The position numbers and the translations under genes were made by a program. A stretch of DNA of 55,899 nucleotides from positions 1 to 55,899 of IMG/VR virus record IMGVR_UViG_3300023174_003189; one strand, written 5' to 3'. The stretch comes from a virus. Lineage: Duplodnaviria > Caudoviricetes. Positions 1 through 9,746 of this stretch are shown piece by piece (the stretch's first letter is position 1; the number at the start of each line of letters is the position of its first letter). The notes beneath the pieces are model-generated. The model made no database searches. It saw nothing but the letters and a program-made list of their open reading frames with translations, and had not been told where the DNA came from.

Positions 1-104
1 TCTACATTACCACTAAAATATTCATTCTTTAAAAATGGTAATACTTTTCTAAGATATTCTTCATTATAGATTAGATTCTTTAATATCGCTTGTTCCAGCT
101 TCAT
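1..104 (-). CDS. gp41: Replicative helicase gp41, N-terminal part (runs off the window)
   Basis: Manual translation MKLEQAILKNLIYNEEYLRKVLPFLKNEYF resembles T4-like gp41 N-termini; uvsX-gp40-gp41 synteny. Confidence 0.8.
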   Translation of the reverse strand, partial: MKLEQAILKNLIYNEEYLRKVLPFLKNEYFSGNV

Positions 105-387
105 CAATTATTTCCTGTTCAATATTACTACCCATAATTTCAACGAGTAGGTCACCAATATAGTTTTTAAATTTTTCATCCTTCTCTAACTTTGCTGGTT
201 TACCTACTGTAGATTCTATCACATCATAAGCAAAAAGTAAATACACTTGTTCATTTTCTTCTTTGAACTTTACCTTGCCATATTTGAATATGGTATCTTT
301 ATAAGGACCTTCTAAGAATTTAATATGTACCGCTGTTCCATCGTTTTTGGGATATATGAAACAATAATCAATTCCTTCAATCATCAT
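64..387 (-). CDS. gp40: Head vertex assembly chaperone, gp40-like
   Basis: 107 aa, position between uvsX and gp41, IGDLLVEI-type C-terminal helix. Confidence 0.6.
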   Translation of the reverse strand: MMIEGIDYCFIYPKNDGTAVHIKFLEGPYKDTIFKYGKVKFKEENEQVYLLFAYDVIESTVGKPAKLEKDEKFKNYIGDLLVEIMGSNIEQEIIDEAGTSDIKESNL

Positions 388-631
388 TCACCTTTTGTTT
401 TTGACGTTTCTCTTGTATCGTATCTTCTTTCCAGATTTTTCTTGGATTGCCACAGAAAATACAATGTTTATTGCCACAACTAAACAAAGAACATTTCAAA
501 TACCGATGTGGTTGTTTCATTACGTCAGTCCATTTATATGCTTTGGCTAACTTTATTTTATTTTCAACTGTGGTCTTTTTTTGATGTATTCTTTTGCTAT
601 GTTTTGTTTTAGTTTCAATATCACTCATCAT
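377..631 (-). CDS. Hypothetical basic protein with Cys motif (CSLFSCGNKHCIFCGNPR)
   Basis: Likely start MMSDIETK at 631, overlapping the uvsX stop. Confidence 0.55.
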   Translation of the reverse strand: MMSDIETKTKHSKRIHQKKTTVENKIKLAKAYKWTDVMKQPHRYLKCSLFSCGNKHCIFCGNPRKIWKEDTIQEKRQKQKVNDD

Positions 632-1697
632 CTGCACCATTCGTAGTTTCAACATCAAAAGCTTGTTCAACATCTTCTTGCATAATGCTGCCAGCTGCAA
701 TTTGATATTTGTTCTTAATAAAATCTTGAAATGATTTCTGCTTTAAAATTGGTAACCAGAATTCTTTGCTATCAGTATCCTTGATACGATATTTCTTTTC
801 TTGGATTTCACCGTTCTCATCTACTTGGCTATACCAACCATTGGATGGTTTAACAACATGTCCGGACTCAAGTGCAATATCAAGTAGGCCGCTCCACCTA
901 CTAATACCACCATCAAAAGATACAGTAACGGGAATTTTAGATTTTTCTTTAACATAACGGGACTTTTCAACATTAATAATAAAATTGTAACCGACAACTT
1001 CGGTGCCTTCTTTTTCTTGTTGGCGGCCAATAATGAAAATGTTATCGGCAGAATAATAAGAACCAGTACCACCACCAACGATGTCTTTGGGGAACATACC
1101 AATTTCTTTATAGGTATGATTCACAACAATCATTGGCACATCTTTCATTGTGAGGTGTGGTGTGACCATACGAAATAATGATTTGACTTGTTTGGCACGG
1201 GACATATCAGCAACTGATTTACCCTCAAGTGCATCTTCAACTTCTTTCTTTGAAGCCAGATTACCAATAGAATCAATCACAATAATTAATCGGTCACCCC
1301 TATCAAGGTTCGTAAGTTGCTGCATAATGTCGAATTTGAGCTGTTCGATATCTGTAAGGGGAGTGTGCAATACACGCTCAGTATCGATGCCGAAACTGTC
1401 AAAATAGCTTTGAGGAGTACCAAACTCACTATCGTAGAATAAAAGAGCCGCATCTTCATATTTGTCCAAATAAGATTTTGCCATCAGTAAACTAAATGCT
1501 GTTTTAAAATGTTTAGATGGACCGGCCCACATTGTAAGACCTGGTGTTAAACCACCATCTAAACGACCAGACAACGCCACATTGATAATTGGAATTGCCG
1601 TTGGTATCATATCTTTGTCAGTAAAAAACTTAGACTTTGAAAGAATTGCTGATTCTTTAATGCTACTGTTCTTTTTAATCTTATCAAGTATACTCAT
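621..1697 (-). CDS. uvsX: RecA-like recombinase UvsX
   Basis: Walker A variant AGPSKHFKT, YDSEFG, IDSIGNLASKKE. Confidence 0.97.
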   Translation of the reverse strand: MSILDKIKKNSSIKESAILSKSKFFTDKDMIPTAIPIINVALSGRLDGGLTPGLTMWAGPSKHFKTAFSLLMAKSYLDKYEDAALLFYDSEFGTPQSYFDSFGIDTERVLHTPLTDIEQLKFDIMQQLTNLDRGDRLIIVIDSIGNLASKKEVEDALEGKSVADMSRAKQVKSLFRMVTPHLTMKDVPMIVVNHTYKEIGMFPKDIVGGGTGSYYSADNIFIIGRQQEKEGTEVVGYNFIINVEKSRYVKEKSKIPVTVSFDGGISRWSGLLDIALESGHVVKPSNGWYSQVDENGEIQEKKYRIKDTDSKEFWLPILKQKSFQDFIKNKYQIAAGSIMQEDVEQAFDVETTNGADDE

Positions 1698-1708
1698 AAT
1701 TTTCCTTT

Positions 1709-2692
1709 TTAAAAGTCACCGCCATCCAATTTTGCCGTATTCGCTTTTTCTTTGAAAGCAAATTCAGCATCATAATCATACTTAGGTTCTATTTTTTTCT
1801 CCGGTTCAGATATATGGTGTTCTTCATAAACTCCAGGAACTATATGAACTGTTAATGGAGGTATAGTTTCACCTGTTGCCTGATCTATTACGATAGGTGC
1901 TTCTTCTATCTCGGTAATATTTTCTTTTGGTATTTCAATTTTATCATTTGCAACTTCTGTATTTTGTGTTGGCACTTCTGGTATTATTTTGATAATTTCA
2001 TTATCTTTGACCTCTACCAACTTGCTTCTTTGTTGCAAAGACATATTTGCTGCTATTAATAATAACACAGCTAATGGGTCAAATACAACCATTATTAACA
2101 ATATTACCAAACGAACTGCTTTGTCAATGGCATTGGCATCATCAGTACCATATACCATATCGCCAATATATTTGATTGGCCCAACTTCGGCAATTAATTT
2201 ATTTTCTTCTTTAAGAAGTGGTAGTTTTCGTTTATTAATATCTGCCAATTCTTTTTGAGTTTGTTGAATTTGTCGGTCAACATTGGCTGATGCTGTTTCA
2301 GGATTGCCAGCACGTTTTAGTAAATAATCTAGTCGCTCTTTGGCAATCTTTTCTTGTTGGGTGAGTGTTCTTATTTCAACTGAATTGGCACCAGCATCTA
2401 AAGTAGAATCGATATGCGCTTTGGATAAAAATCCAAATATACCCATACTGGTGATTATCATTAATATAACAACAGAGGCCGTCAAATAAGATTTAAGAAG
2501 TATTGGACAAGTTTTCCAATTTTGATATAACCAAGATGCGGTAACTAATTTACTGGCTTCAAGAACAGAACCCATAAAAACGATTGGCCAAAATGCACCA
2601 GTAAATATTGCAGCAAGACCTATGATTGAATAGTATGCGGCAATACCAGATAGTAGTAATGCTGATAGTAGTGTTAGAGCAATTAATATCAT
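1709..2692 (-). CDS. Membrane protein with coiled coil, conserved phage hypothetical
   Basis: Several hydrophobic helices flanking a coiled coil, acidic tail. Confidence 0.7.
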   Translation of the reverse strand: MILIALTLLSALLLSGIAAYYSIIGLAAIFTGAFWPIVFMGSVLEASKLVTASWLYQNWKTCPILLKSYLTASVVILMIITSMGIFGFLSKAHIDSTLDAGANSVEIRTLTQQEKIAKERLDYLLKRAGNPETASANVDRQIQQTQKELADINKRKLPLLKEENKLIAEVGPIKYIGDMVYGTDDANAIDKAVRLVILLIMVVFDPLAVLLLIAANMSLQQRSKLVEVKDNEIIKIIPEVPTQNTEVANDKIEIPKENITEIEEAPIVIDQATGETIPPLTVHIVPGVYEEHHISEPEKKIEPKYDYDAEFAFKEKANTAKLDGGDF

Positions 2693-5223
2693 GAGAAGAA
2701 GTCCTCGATTGAACTAGTTTTTTCTGTTTTCCATCCCATACAATCTAGAATGATTCTGATCGGTTCTAAAAATGCCTTATCAAATTGCATATCATAATCA
2801 ATATATTGTTGTAATTCGAATTCTTTTGGAAGACGTGCCGGATATGAAATTACGGTATCTTTAAATGGATTAGGCATTTTTAGGTAAGTAAACTTAACCT
2901 TTTCACCTTCTTGAATGAGTGGATATTTCTTAGTTAGATTTTTTAATTTTAAATTGTGGTTATAAAGAATAGCACCTTTGACATGAATCGGCGTTCCTTT
3001 TTTATATAGTGTTAATGCATCAGAATAGGTATTTAGACCGTTGAGACCACGAGGAAAAGAAATTTCTTCTACGGGTAATGTCTTGAATTCTTTTCTAAAA
3101 TCTTCTATGAATTTGTGAATATCATCTTGTGTACCTGTTACCATTAATTGAATTGCTTCTTTCATCTTCTCACGAATGGCTGATGGCGTGGATGATTTGA
3201 CCATTTCAAGTCCCATCACTTTCATTTGTGGTTCTTTATATTGCACACCTTCATTGTTATACACGTTGAGAATGTAACGCTTCTTAGCAGTCCAGATACC
3301 TTTGTTGGACAAACCCTCTCGTTTCATTTCCATCTTCTGCTGATACGCATGAACATAGTCAGCCAACTCTTTATAACTCCTATCAATATAAGGTTGAATT
3401 TTATCTTCACAAATCTTGTCCATGATAGAGATGATCTTTTCAACTTTGAATTCAGGTTGAATGATGTTACCCATAATCGGACCAAGATTAAGATAAATCG
3501 AATCCGTATCTGACGCAATAACATAATCTTTCTCCGTTTTTAATAATTTATTCATCCATTCATTGATTTTGTTTTCAATCCAACGAATACTTAATTGGCC
3601 AGCAGTGGTAACGCCAAGTGCCATACGCAAATCATAAAAGCGAAAATATTGACTGCCAAGAGCACCGTAAGCAGAGTTGAGGGACACTTTTTTTGCCAAT
3701 TGAATATTGTTGTATTTGGCAATTCGTTTTTCAATTTCATACTTCTTCGAACTATCCGTTTCATTTTCATACTCCTGTTTTGCTTGTAACATCAACTTCT
3801 TAAATTTTTTTCTATCCTCATACATTTCTTCCATCATCTTAGGAAGAAAGCCTTGAAAGTCGGTACGGAAGAATTGACCATTCGGTGTGATTGTTGCATC
3901 TTCTAGTTTTGATGTGTCAATTTCTTTCTTCAACATCCTGTCAACAGAAACACCTTGTGAAAGTATATCACGCATGGCATCGGTATAGTTCTCAGGTTCA
4001 ATGAGAGTTTCTGGTGAAATATTATATTGCATCATCAAATGTGGATACAAACTGTTCAAGTCAAACGATGCCACCCAATCATGCAGGCCAACTTGTGGTT
4101 CTTTAACATATGCACCTTCAAAGGCAGCATTTTTTTCTTTGACGATTCTTGGTGGAACAATAATAGATTTCTCACGCAAATAGGAATATGTTAGAGAATC
4201 CCACATACGAGTTTGAGCAAATACATCTTCAAAGTTTGATTTGGTATCGTATGCAAGGGTAACTGCCAGTTCGAGTAGTTTTAGTTTATCTTCTAGTTTG
4301 AGAATCAAGTCAACGTCTTTAATATTATACTCAATAAACTTTTGATAATTTAAACGATAGAGAGCATGTAGATTATCATATTCATCATATGAAATTTTAC
4401 CTTCACCTAGTTCAACTTGTGCAATATTATCCAAACGATATGATTCTTGTGACTTACCGCCAGGTGCGTACCATTTGTATAGTTCAATATAATCAAGTGA
4501 TGATACACCGACCAATGTGTAATCAATCATTTGTCGATTGTTTACATAAGCATTACGCTCTGTGATGAAATTCCATGGTGATAATTTCTTAGCTTCTTCT
4601 TCACCAAGAATCTTTTTAAATCGATTGATGAGATAAGGTATATCAAAGAACTTTGTATTCCAGCCAGTAATGATATCTGGATATTTGTCTTTCCAGAATT
4701 CAAGAAATTTCTTACATAGATTGTATTCATCTTTACAACGAATATAGATTTCACCCTCTTGAACTTGATATTCGCCACAACCAAAGACGATTGGTTTACC
4801 GTTTAGAAACTTTAAACAGATTGCAGTGATTGGTTCGTTTGCTTCATATGGATCAGGAAAGCCATTCTCTGAACCAACCTCAATATCAATTACAGCAATC
4901 GAGATTTTATCAAAGTCATAGTCAACCATACCATGATGTTGGTCAGCAATAAAGGCATACTCGAATCGAGTTTGGCCATAAATCTTAGATGCACCAGAAA
5001 CACCATCAAATTGTTTGATATAATCTCTGGCAGCTTTGATATTTTGAAACTTTTTTTCGTCTAGATAATCACCCTCTAGATTTGTAAAGTTGGTGATTTT
5101 TTTGGATGGCAAGAAAAGAGAAGGTGTGTATTCAACCTTTGTTTTTACTTTCTTGCCGTTTTGAATGCCACGATAGAGTATGTTACCGCCGATACTCTGA
5201 ACATTAGTATAAAAATTACTCAA
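2689..5223 (-). CDS. gp43: Family B DNA polymerase gp43, probable TTG start
   Basis: ExoI DIEV, SFDLNSLYP, KVSLNSAYG, ASDTDS; TTG at 5223 overlaps the upstream TGA. Confidence 0.98.
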   Translation of the reverse strand: MSNFYTNVQSIGGNILYRGIQNGKKVKTKVEYTPSLFLPSKKITNFTNLEGDYLDEKKFQNIKAARDYIKQFDGVSGASKIYGQTRFEYAFIADQHHGMVDYDFDKISIAVIDIEVGSENGFPDPYEANEPITAICLKFLNGKPIVFGCGEYQVQEGEIYIRCKDEYNLCKKFLEFWKDKYPDIITGWNTKFFDIPYLINRFKKILGEEEAKKLSPWNFITERNAYVNNRQMIDYTLVGVSSLDYIELYKWYAPGGKSQESYRLDNIAQVELGEGKISYDEYDNLHALYRLNYQKFIEYNIKDVDLILKLEDKLKLLELAVTLAYDTKSNFEDVFAQTRMWDSLTYSYLREKSIIVPPRIVKEKNAAFEGAYVKEPQVGLHDWVASFDLNSLYPHLMMQYNISPETLIEPENYTDAMRDILSQGVSVDRMLKKEIDTSKLEDATITPNGQFFRTDFQGFLPKMMEEMYEDRKKFKKLMLQAKQEYENETDSSKKYEIEKRIAKYNNIQLAKKVSLNSAYGALGSQYFRFYDLRMALGVTTAGQLSIRWIENKINEWMNKLLKTEKDYVIASDTDSIYLNLGPIMGNIIQPEFKVEKIISIMDKICEDKIQPYIDRSYKELADYVHAYQQKMEMKREGLSNKGIWTAKKRYILNVYNNEGVQYKEPQMKVMGLEMVKSSTPSAIREKMKEAIQLMVTGTQDDIHKFIEDFRKEFKTLPVEEISFPRGLNGLNTYSDALTLYKKGTPIHVKGAILYNHNLKLKNLTKKYPLIQEGEKVKFTYLKMPNPFKDTVISYPARLPKEFELQQYIDYDMQFDKAFLEPIRIILDCMGWKTEKTSSIEDFFS

Positions 5224-5978
5224 TCTTTTTCTTTCGTCCAATGCACAATTTGCCATGTGCCGTCATGATGTTCCACTAAAGCGGTGCAGGATTCTACCCA
5301 ATCACCGTCATTCATATACAATATACCATTCAACTCTTTTATTTCTGCATGATGAATATGACCACATATTACACCATCAAATCCTTTTTTCTTACAATAT
5401 TCTGAAATGTTCTTTTCAAATCCTAATAAAAAATCAACAGATGATTTGACTTTATATTTTAGGTATTTGGAAAGAGACCAATATCCTAATCCAAACTTCC
5501 TTCTAAAAGCATTGAATGCTGAATTCCAGTTTAGGACCATATCATACATTTTATCACCAAGAAAAGCAAGCCATGGTGCTATCTTTGAAATACCATCAAA
5601 CAAATCACCGTGAGTTACCAGAAATCGTTTGCCATTTGCATCAATATGTTCTGTTTGACTAAATATTTGAATGGCACCAAAACTTAATCCGTATGGTATC
5701 ATTGGTCGTAAAAACTCATCATGATTTCCTGCCACATAGACCACACGGGTACCTCTTTTTGCATGACCAAGAATTCTCCTCACCACATTTGAATGAGATT
5801 GTTTCCAACGCCATTTGTTTTGTTGAATCTTCCACGCATCAATAATATCACCAATCAAATACAATGTTTCGCAGGTATTGTGTTTCAAAAAATTATTCAG
5901 TTTTTCGGCTTGACAATCTCTGGTACCAAGATGAACATCAGAAATAAAAATACTACGATAGGTTTTTGTTTCGGTCAT
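5220..5978 (-). CDS. Metallophosphoesterase, UDP-2,3-diacylglucosamine hydrolase (LpxH/YbbF)-like
   Basis: Calcineurin-like motifs FISDVHLG, LIGDIID, GNHD, HGD, CGHIH, NDGDW. Confidence 0.85.
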   Translation of the reverse strand: MTETKTYRSIFISDVHLGTRDCQAEKLNNFLKHNTCETLYLIGDIIDAWKIQQNKWRWKQSHSNVVRRILGHAKRGTRVVYVAGNHDEFLRPMIPYGLSFGAIQIFSQTEHIDANGKRFLVTHGDLFDGISKIAPWLAFLGDKMYDMVLNWNSAFNAFRRKFGLGYWSLSKYLKYKVKSSVDFLLGFEKNISEYCKKKGFDGVICGHIHHAEIKELNGILYMNDGDWVESCTALVEHHDGTWQIVHWTKEKD

Positions 5979-6141
5979 GTTGAATGATCCATTGTAGAGC
6001 GTCTGATAACTCTGTGTAAAGAGGTGACTTTGGTGTATTATTTAGGGTGAACCATTGATAATTTAATGTTTCTTTAATATCCCAAGAGCTATTTTCTTTA
6101 TCCCACTTTGCGGTACGAATGATGAACTTTTCTAATACCAT
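5953..6141 (-). CDS. Hypothetical protein
   Basis: 62-aa ORF translationally coupled to both neighbours. Confidence 0.55.
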   Translation of the reverse strand: MVLEKFIIRTAKWDKENSSWDIKETLNYQWFTLNNTPKSPLYTELSDALQWIIQHDRNKNLS

Positions 6142-6455
6142 TAACCTGTAATTAGTGATTTAGTTGGTGGTACCACAAGACCTGAACCAAAGATAGAATT
6201 ATAGTTGTTTACAAAATCTTGTGCCGGAACATAGGAGTATACTACATTTTTCTTAGACAAGGCAACCGTGGCACCAGTCTTTTGTTCGGCATGAATGGGA
6301 AATGGTGCAAAACCAACATTGGGTTGACCAGTTTTTGGATCACGGACAATAGCAATACCGACAGCATTGACCAATACAAATTCCGTCTCCGATTCTGATT
6401 CTACTTCACCCAAAACCTCTTCACCTGTTACTAATTTTAATGTCAAAATTTTCAT
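6141..6455 (-). CDS. Conserved T4-like hypothetical, Sm-like beta fold
   Basis: KLVTGEEVLG motif, GGAGG SD; similar N-terminus to 25242..25625. Confidence 0.7.
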   Translation of the reverse strand: MKILTLKLVTGEEVLGEVESESETEFVLVNAVGIAIVRDPKTGQPNVGFAPFPIHAEQKTGATVALSKKNVVYSYVPAQDFVNNYNSIFGSGLVVPPTKSLITG

Positions 6456-6471
6456 TTATTACCTCCAAGCC

Positions 6472-6477
6472 TAAATA
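6472..6477 (+). promoter_or_regulatory. Putative gp55 late promoter (TAAATA) for the plus-strand island
   Basis: Core of the T4 late consensus TATAAATA upstream of the 6582 ORF. Confidence 0.45.
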
Positions 6478-6496
6478 GTTATGTAGTTGAAATGAT

Positions 6497-6525
6497 ATTA
6501 TATCTGTTTTATTCTTTCGTGTCAA
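6497..6525 (-). promoter_or_regulatory. Sigma70-type promoter for the gp43 operon
   Basis: TTGACA-17bp-TATAAT, perfect consensus. Confidence 0.85.
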
Positions 6526-6581
6526 CCTGACATTCGGTATTCTTTATTATCCCTTAATAACAAAACTAACATATTTTAAAT

Positions 6582-7022
6582 ATGCCAGATATTAATTTGT
6601 CCGCAGGAAAAGCAGCTGTTGATTCTCTAAAAGAAGCTCAAAACATTGGCAAACAATTGGGTGGTGTTGTTACCGATCAACAAGCTGATATGGAGAGGGC
6701 CGTTCGTGAACAACATAGAAAACGAATGCAAGAGAAAGCTCAAGCCGAACTTCATGCTTTATCACAAGATTTCAAAGCCTACGACAAATACGAAGCAGAA
6801 AAAAAACATCAAAAAGAAATTGAAAAATTAAAATTAGAGGCCATCAAAAAATATGGTAAAAATGCTTGGTCTGAAATTGAAACACTTAAAACGAAATTGA
6901 AAAAAGAACATGATGAAGAAATGAAGTTTATGGATAATGACAGGTATAAAATGGCCAGAATATTTTGGTGGTGTATGACCGTTTCTGCATTAGTAACTTA
7001 TTTTTTTAAATTATACAAATGA
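6582..7022 (+). CDS. Coiled-coil protein with C-terminal TM helix
   Basis: 146-aa ORF, charged coil followed by a hydrophobic C-terminus. Confidence 0.7.
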   Translation: MPDINLSAGKAAVDSLKEAQNIGKQLGGVVTDQQADMERAVREQHRKRMQEKAQAELHALSQDFKAYDKYEAEKKHQKEIEKLKLEAIKKYGKNAWSEIETLKTKLKKEHDEEMKFMDNDRYKMARIFWWCMTVSALVTYFFKLYK

Positions 7023-7099
7023 GAGATCAACCATTAATTTTTATTATTACACTTGTTTTAATAATGTTTTTAATGTGGGCTGAACACGCACCTAAATAA
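7019..7099 (+). CDS. 26-aa single-TM peptide MRDQPLIFIITLVLIMFLMWAEHAPK
   Basis: ATGA overlap with the upstream stop; hydrophobic core. Confidence 0.5.
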   Translation: MRDQPLIFIITLVLIMFLMWAEHAPK

Positions 7100-7102
7100 G
7101 TA

Positions 7103-7261
7103 ATGACACCAATCCATCCAATAGATTTGTGGGTATATGTTATGCTCAATCTTTGGTTTCTTCCACACACACTACTAAAACACACAAATGAACGAACTAA
7201 TTTATGTCCTAGTAACAACACATCTTACAATTATCGCCGTAACTCTGTATCTTCATCGTAG
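7103..7261 (+). CDS. Small hydrophobic ORF (MTPIHPIDLWVYVMLNLWFLPH...)
   Basis: ATG 4 nt after a TAAATA motif; overlaps the desaturase start. Confidence 0.35.
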   Translation: MTPIHPIDLWVYVMLNLWFLPHTLLKHTNERTNLCPSNNTSYNYRRNSVSSS

Positions 7262-7898
7262 TCAAACTCATCTATCTGTATCATTTCACCCGTTAGTAAA
7301 TCATTTTTTTCGTTTTTGGTTATGGTTGACCACAGGCATGGTTACAAAAGAGTGGGTAGCAATTCATCGTAAACACCACAGTATGACAGACCAAAAAGGT
7401 GATCCACATTCACCTCAGCTATTTGGTATATGGAAAGTTTTATTTGGTGGTGCTTTGTTATATAACACGGCAGCCAAAGATAAACTGATGGTCAATGCTT
7501 TTGGTAAAGGAACACCAGAAGATAACATTGAAAGAAATTTATATACACCTTTTAATTACTTGGGTATCTTTATTTACTTTTCAATTTGTCTGTATTTGTT
7601 TGGTGTTTGGGGTATTTTAATTTGGGCAATTCAAATGCTTTGGATTCCTTTTTGGGCTGCTGGTGTAGTCAATGGAATAGGTCACTATTGGGGGTATAGA
7701 AATGTCGAAACGAGAGAATCATCTAGAAATATTTTCCCTCTTGGTATTATTATTGGTGGCGAAGAGCTTCATAATAATCACCATAGCGATGCTGGTTCTG
7801 CCAAGCTTAGTAGGAAATGGTTTGAGTTTGACATAGGTTGGTTCTATATCAAACTCTTAGAGAAATTGAAACTGGCAAAACTAAGCAGCAAACGATGA
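7188..7898 (+). CDS. Delta-9-type fatty acid desaturase
   Basis: His boxes HRSQTH, HRKHH, HNNHH; DPHSP; FDIGW. Confidence 0.93.
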   Translation: MNELIYVLVTTHLTIIAVTLYLHRSQTHLSVSFHPLVNHFFRFWLWLTTGMVTKEWVAIHRKHHSMTDQKGDPHSPQLFGIWKVLFGGALLYNTAAKDKLMVNAFGKGTPEDNIERNLYTPFNYLGIFIYFSICLYLFGVWGILIWAIQMLWIPFWAAGVVNGIGHYWGYRNVETRESSRNIFPLGIIIGGEELHNNHHSDAGSAKLSRKWFEFDIGWFYIKLLEKLKLAKLSSKR

Positions 7899-8204
7899 TC
7901 CACAACCACAAGTTGTTTTAGCATTTGGATTACTAATTACAAATTGTGAATTAAATTTTTCTTCTTTATAATCTAGTGTTGCACCTTGTAAATACTGTGA
8001 AGATATCATATCAACAACAACTTTGACACCTTCATTATCAATCACAAAATCATCTTCAGCAATGGTTTCTTCAAATGTAAAACCATATTGATAGCCAGAA
8101 CATCCACCACCTTGAACAAACATTCTCAAAGCAGCATTAGGTAACTTTTCTTCAACCAATAAATCACGAACTTTATTAATTGCATTTGCAGTTATTGTTA
8201 TCAT
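7881..8204 (-). CDS. erpA: A-type Fe-S carrier ErpA/IscA
   Basis: GGGCSG and C-terminal CGCGSSF. Confidence 0.92.
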   Translation of the reverse strand: MITITANAINKVRDLLVEEKLPNAALRMFVQGGGCSGYQYGFTFEETIAEDDFVIDNEGVKVVVDMISSQYLQGATLDYKEEKFNSQFVISNPNAKTTCGCGSSFAA

Positions 8205-8574
8205 GCTTTCCTCTGTAATCGTTTATCGCAGCCTTAATTGCATCTTCTGCAAGGATGCTGCAATGTATTTTGACGGGCGGTAACGAGAGTTCTTCTGCAA
8301 TCTGAGTGTTCTTAATCTGCTCAGCTTGCTCCAACGTTTTACCCTTGACCCACTCGGTGACCAGCGATGAGCTAGCAATCGCCGAACCGCAACCATATGT
8401 TTTGAATTTTGCATCTTTAATTATCCCATCTTCCACTCGTATTTGTAGTTTCATTACATCACCACAAGCTGGTGCACCTACCATACCGGTACCAACATTG
8501 ACATCACCTGTATCTAGTTTTCCTACATTACGTGGATTCTCATAATGATCTATAACTTTATCTGAGTATGCCAT
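8176..8574 (-). CDS. iscU: Fe-S scaffold IscU
   Basis: [35 protein letters not shown]. Confidence 0.97.
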   Translation of the reverse strand: MAYSDKVIDHYENPRNVGKLDTGDVNVGTGMVGAPACGDVMKLQIRVEDGIIKDAKFKTYGCGSAIASSSLVTEWVKGKTLEQAEQIKNTQIAEELSLPPVKIHCSILAEDAIKAAINDYRGKHDNNNCKCN

Positions 8575-8575
8575 T

Positions 8576-8734
8576 TTATTTCTGTTGTTGTTCTATTCGT
8601 TTGAATTCTTCATCTTCAGCAATTGCATCATCAATATCTTTTGGTTCTGGTGGCATGGCACCTGTGCAACTGCCACCATTATTGAACCATAACTCCATAG
8701 CCTGTTTACGATATTTCTCTAAATCGGATGTCAT
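8576..8734 (-). CDS. 52-aa hypothetical (MTSDLEKYRKQAMELWFNNGGSC...)
   Basis: Manual translation; coupled to neighbours. Confidence 0.5.
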   Translation of the reverse strand: MTSDLEKYRKQAMELWFNNGGSCTGAMPPEPKDIDDAIAEDEEFKRIEQQQK

Positions 8735-8853
8735 CTGCCTCGACCTGCCTTTCGCATCACCGTCATTTTAGGAACAAATGTTTGTTTTGGTTTTGGTGCT
8801 GATGGCACTTTTGGTTTAGGTAAAACAACTGCTGGTTTTTTTGGTTCAGTCAT
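8731..8853 (-). CDS. 40-aa Pro/Lys-rich basic peptide
   Basis: AAGGAG SD; MTEPKKPAVVLPKPKVPSAPKPK...RKAGRGR. Confidence 0.55.
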   Translation of the reverse strand: MTEPKKPAVVLPKPKVPSAPKPKQTFVPKMTVMRKAGRGR

Positions 8854-8866
8854 AATATCTCCTTAG

Positions 8867-8941
8867 TGGTTGCGGGGGAAGGAATCGAACCTACGGCCCC
8901 TGGATTATGAGTCCAATGCTCTACCTCTGAGCTACCCCGCT
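8867..8941 (-). tRNA. tRNA-Met(CAT), initiator-like 1:72 mismatch
   Basis: Cloverleaf, loop CTCATAA, TTCGATT T-loop, encoded CCA. Confidence 0.9.
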
Positions 8942-9032
8942 ATAACTATATATCTTAAAAACTAAAATCACTTTTTTGGACTTTGAAATCGCCGGAAAAA
9001 ATTTCGGAGGCTCCGACACTTCCAACCTTTTG

Positions 9033-9746
9033 TCAAAATACTATAGTAAATTCTTCTCTCTCACGACAATTTGGCATGTCTAAAGAATTAGGAAAAGTAA
9101 TGTGTTTCTTTAATTTTAAATTCTCTGATGACGTGAAAGACAATTCAATGACTGATGGTATATATTCTTGTTCACTAATTTGTAAATAAGAATAATTGTT
9201 TATATGAACATGTACCAACTTTTGATCCAACTTACTCACAAAATTAGCCATCTCGTTTAATTTAAAATTATCTTGTATGTCATGAAATTCAATTACAATA
9301 CCAGAGAATTGTTTTGTGTGTATGATTATATCATTTAATATATCATATTCAGAACCTTCAATATCACATTTCAAAAAAATGTTTTGTCCTTTTTCTTTTA
9401 CAACATCAACAAAAGTAGTTTCAACATCAGTATTCTTTTTGCCAATGTTTTTTCTTATATGTTGCTTTGTGCCCGTAAAGAATTGTTTATGTGATTCATA
9501 TATTCCTTTACTCTTTAACATTTCATCATCAACAGAATTGTCATATCCATATAAAGGACAATTATTGATATTAAGAAACTGTTCTTCAAACGACCAATCA
9601 TCATTGATACCAAAAGACAATAGACATTCACTCTTTAGTATATCACTTTTATTGACAAGGTAACCACCATCATAGTCTTTACCAATTCGTATTAGATCGG
9701 AACAATAGTATGGCTGTAGTAATCTAGGTAATTTTATTGTTTTCAT
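9033..9746 (-). CDS. FkbM/Methyltransf_22-like SAM methyltransferase
   Basis: DGGY, LSFGI..DWSFE, LKCDIEGSEY, IEFH, HVHINN. Confidence 0.75.
   Translation of the reverse strand: MKTIKLPRLLQPYYCSDLIRIGKDYDGGYLVNKSDILKSECLLSFGINDDWSFEEQFLNINNCPLYGYDNSVDDEMLKSKGIYESHKQFFTGTKQHIRKNIGKKNTDVETTFVDVVKEKGQNIFLKCDIEGSEYDILNDIIIHTKQFSGIVIEFHDIQDNFKLNEMANFVSKLDQKLVHVHINNYSYLQISEQEYIPSVIELSFTSSENLKLKKHITFPNSLDMPNCREREEFTIVF

Noticed and set aside
8991-9016. Overlapping short inverted repeats (CCGGAAA/TTTCGG; TCGGAG/CTCCGA) upstream of tRNA-Met
   Set aside because: Too short and single-copy to assign a function from sequence alone
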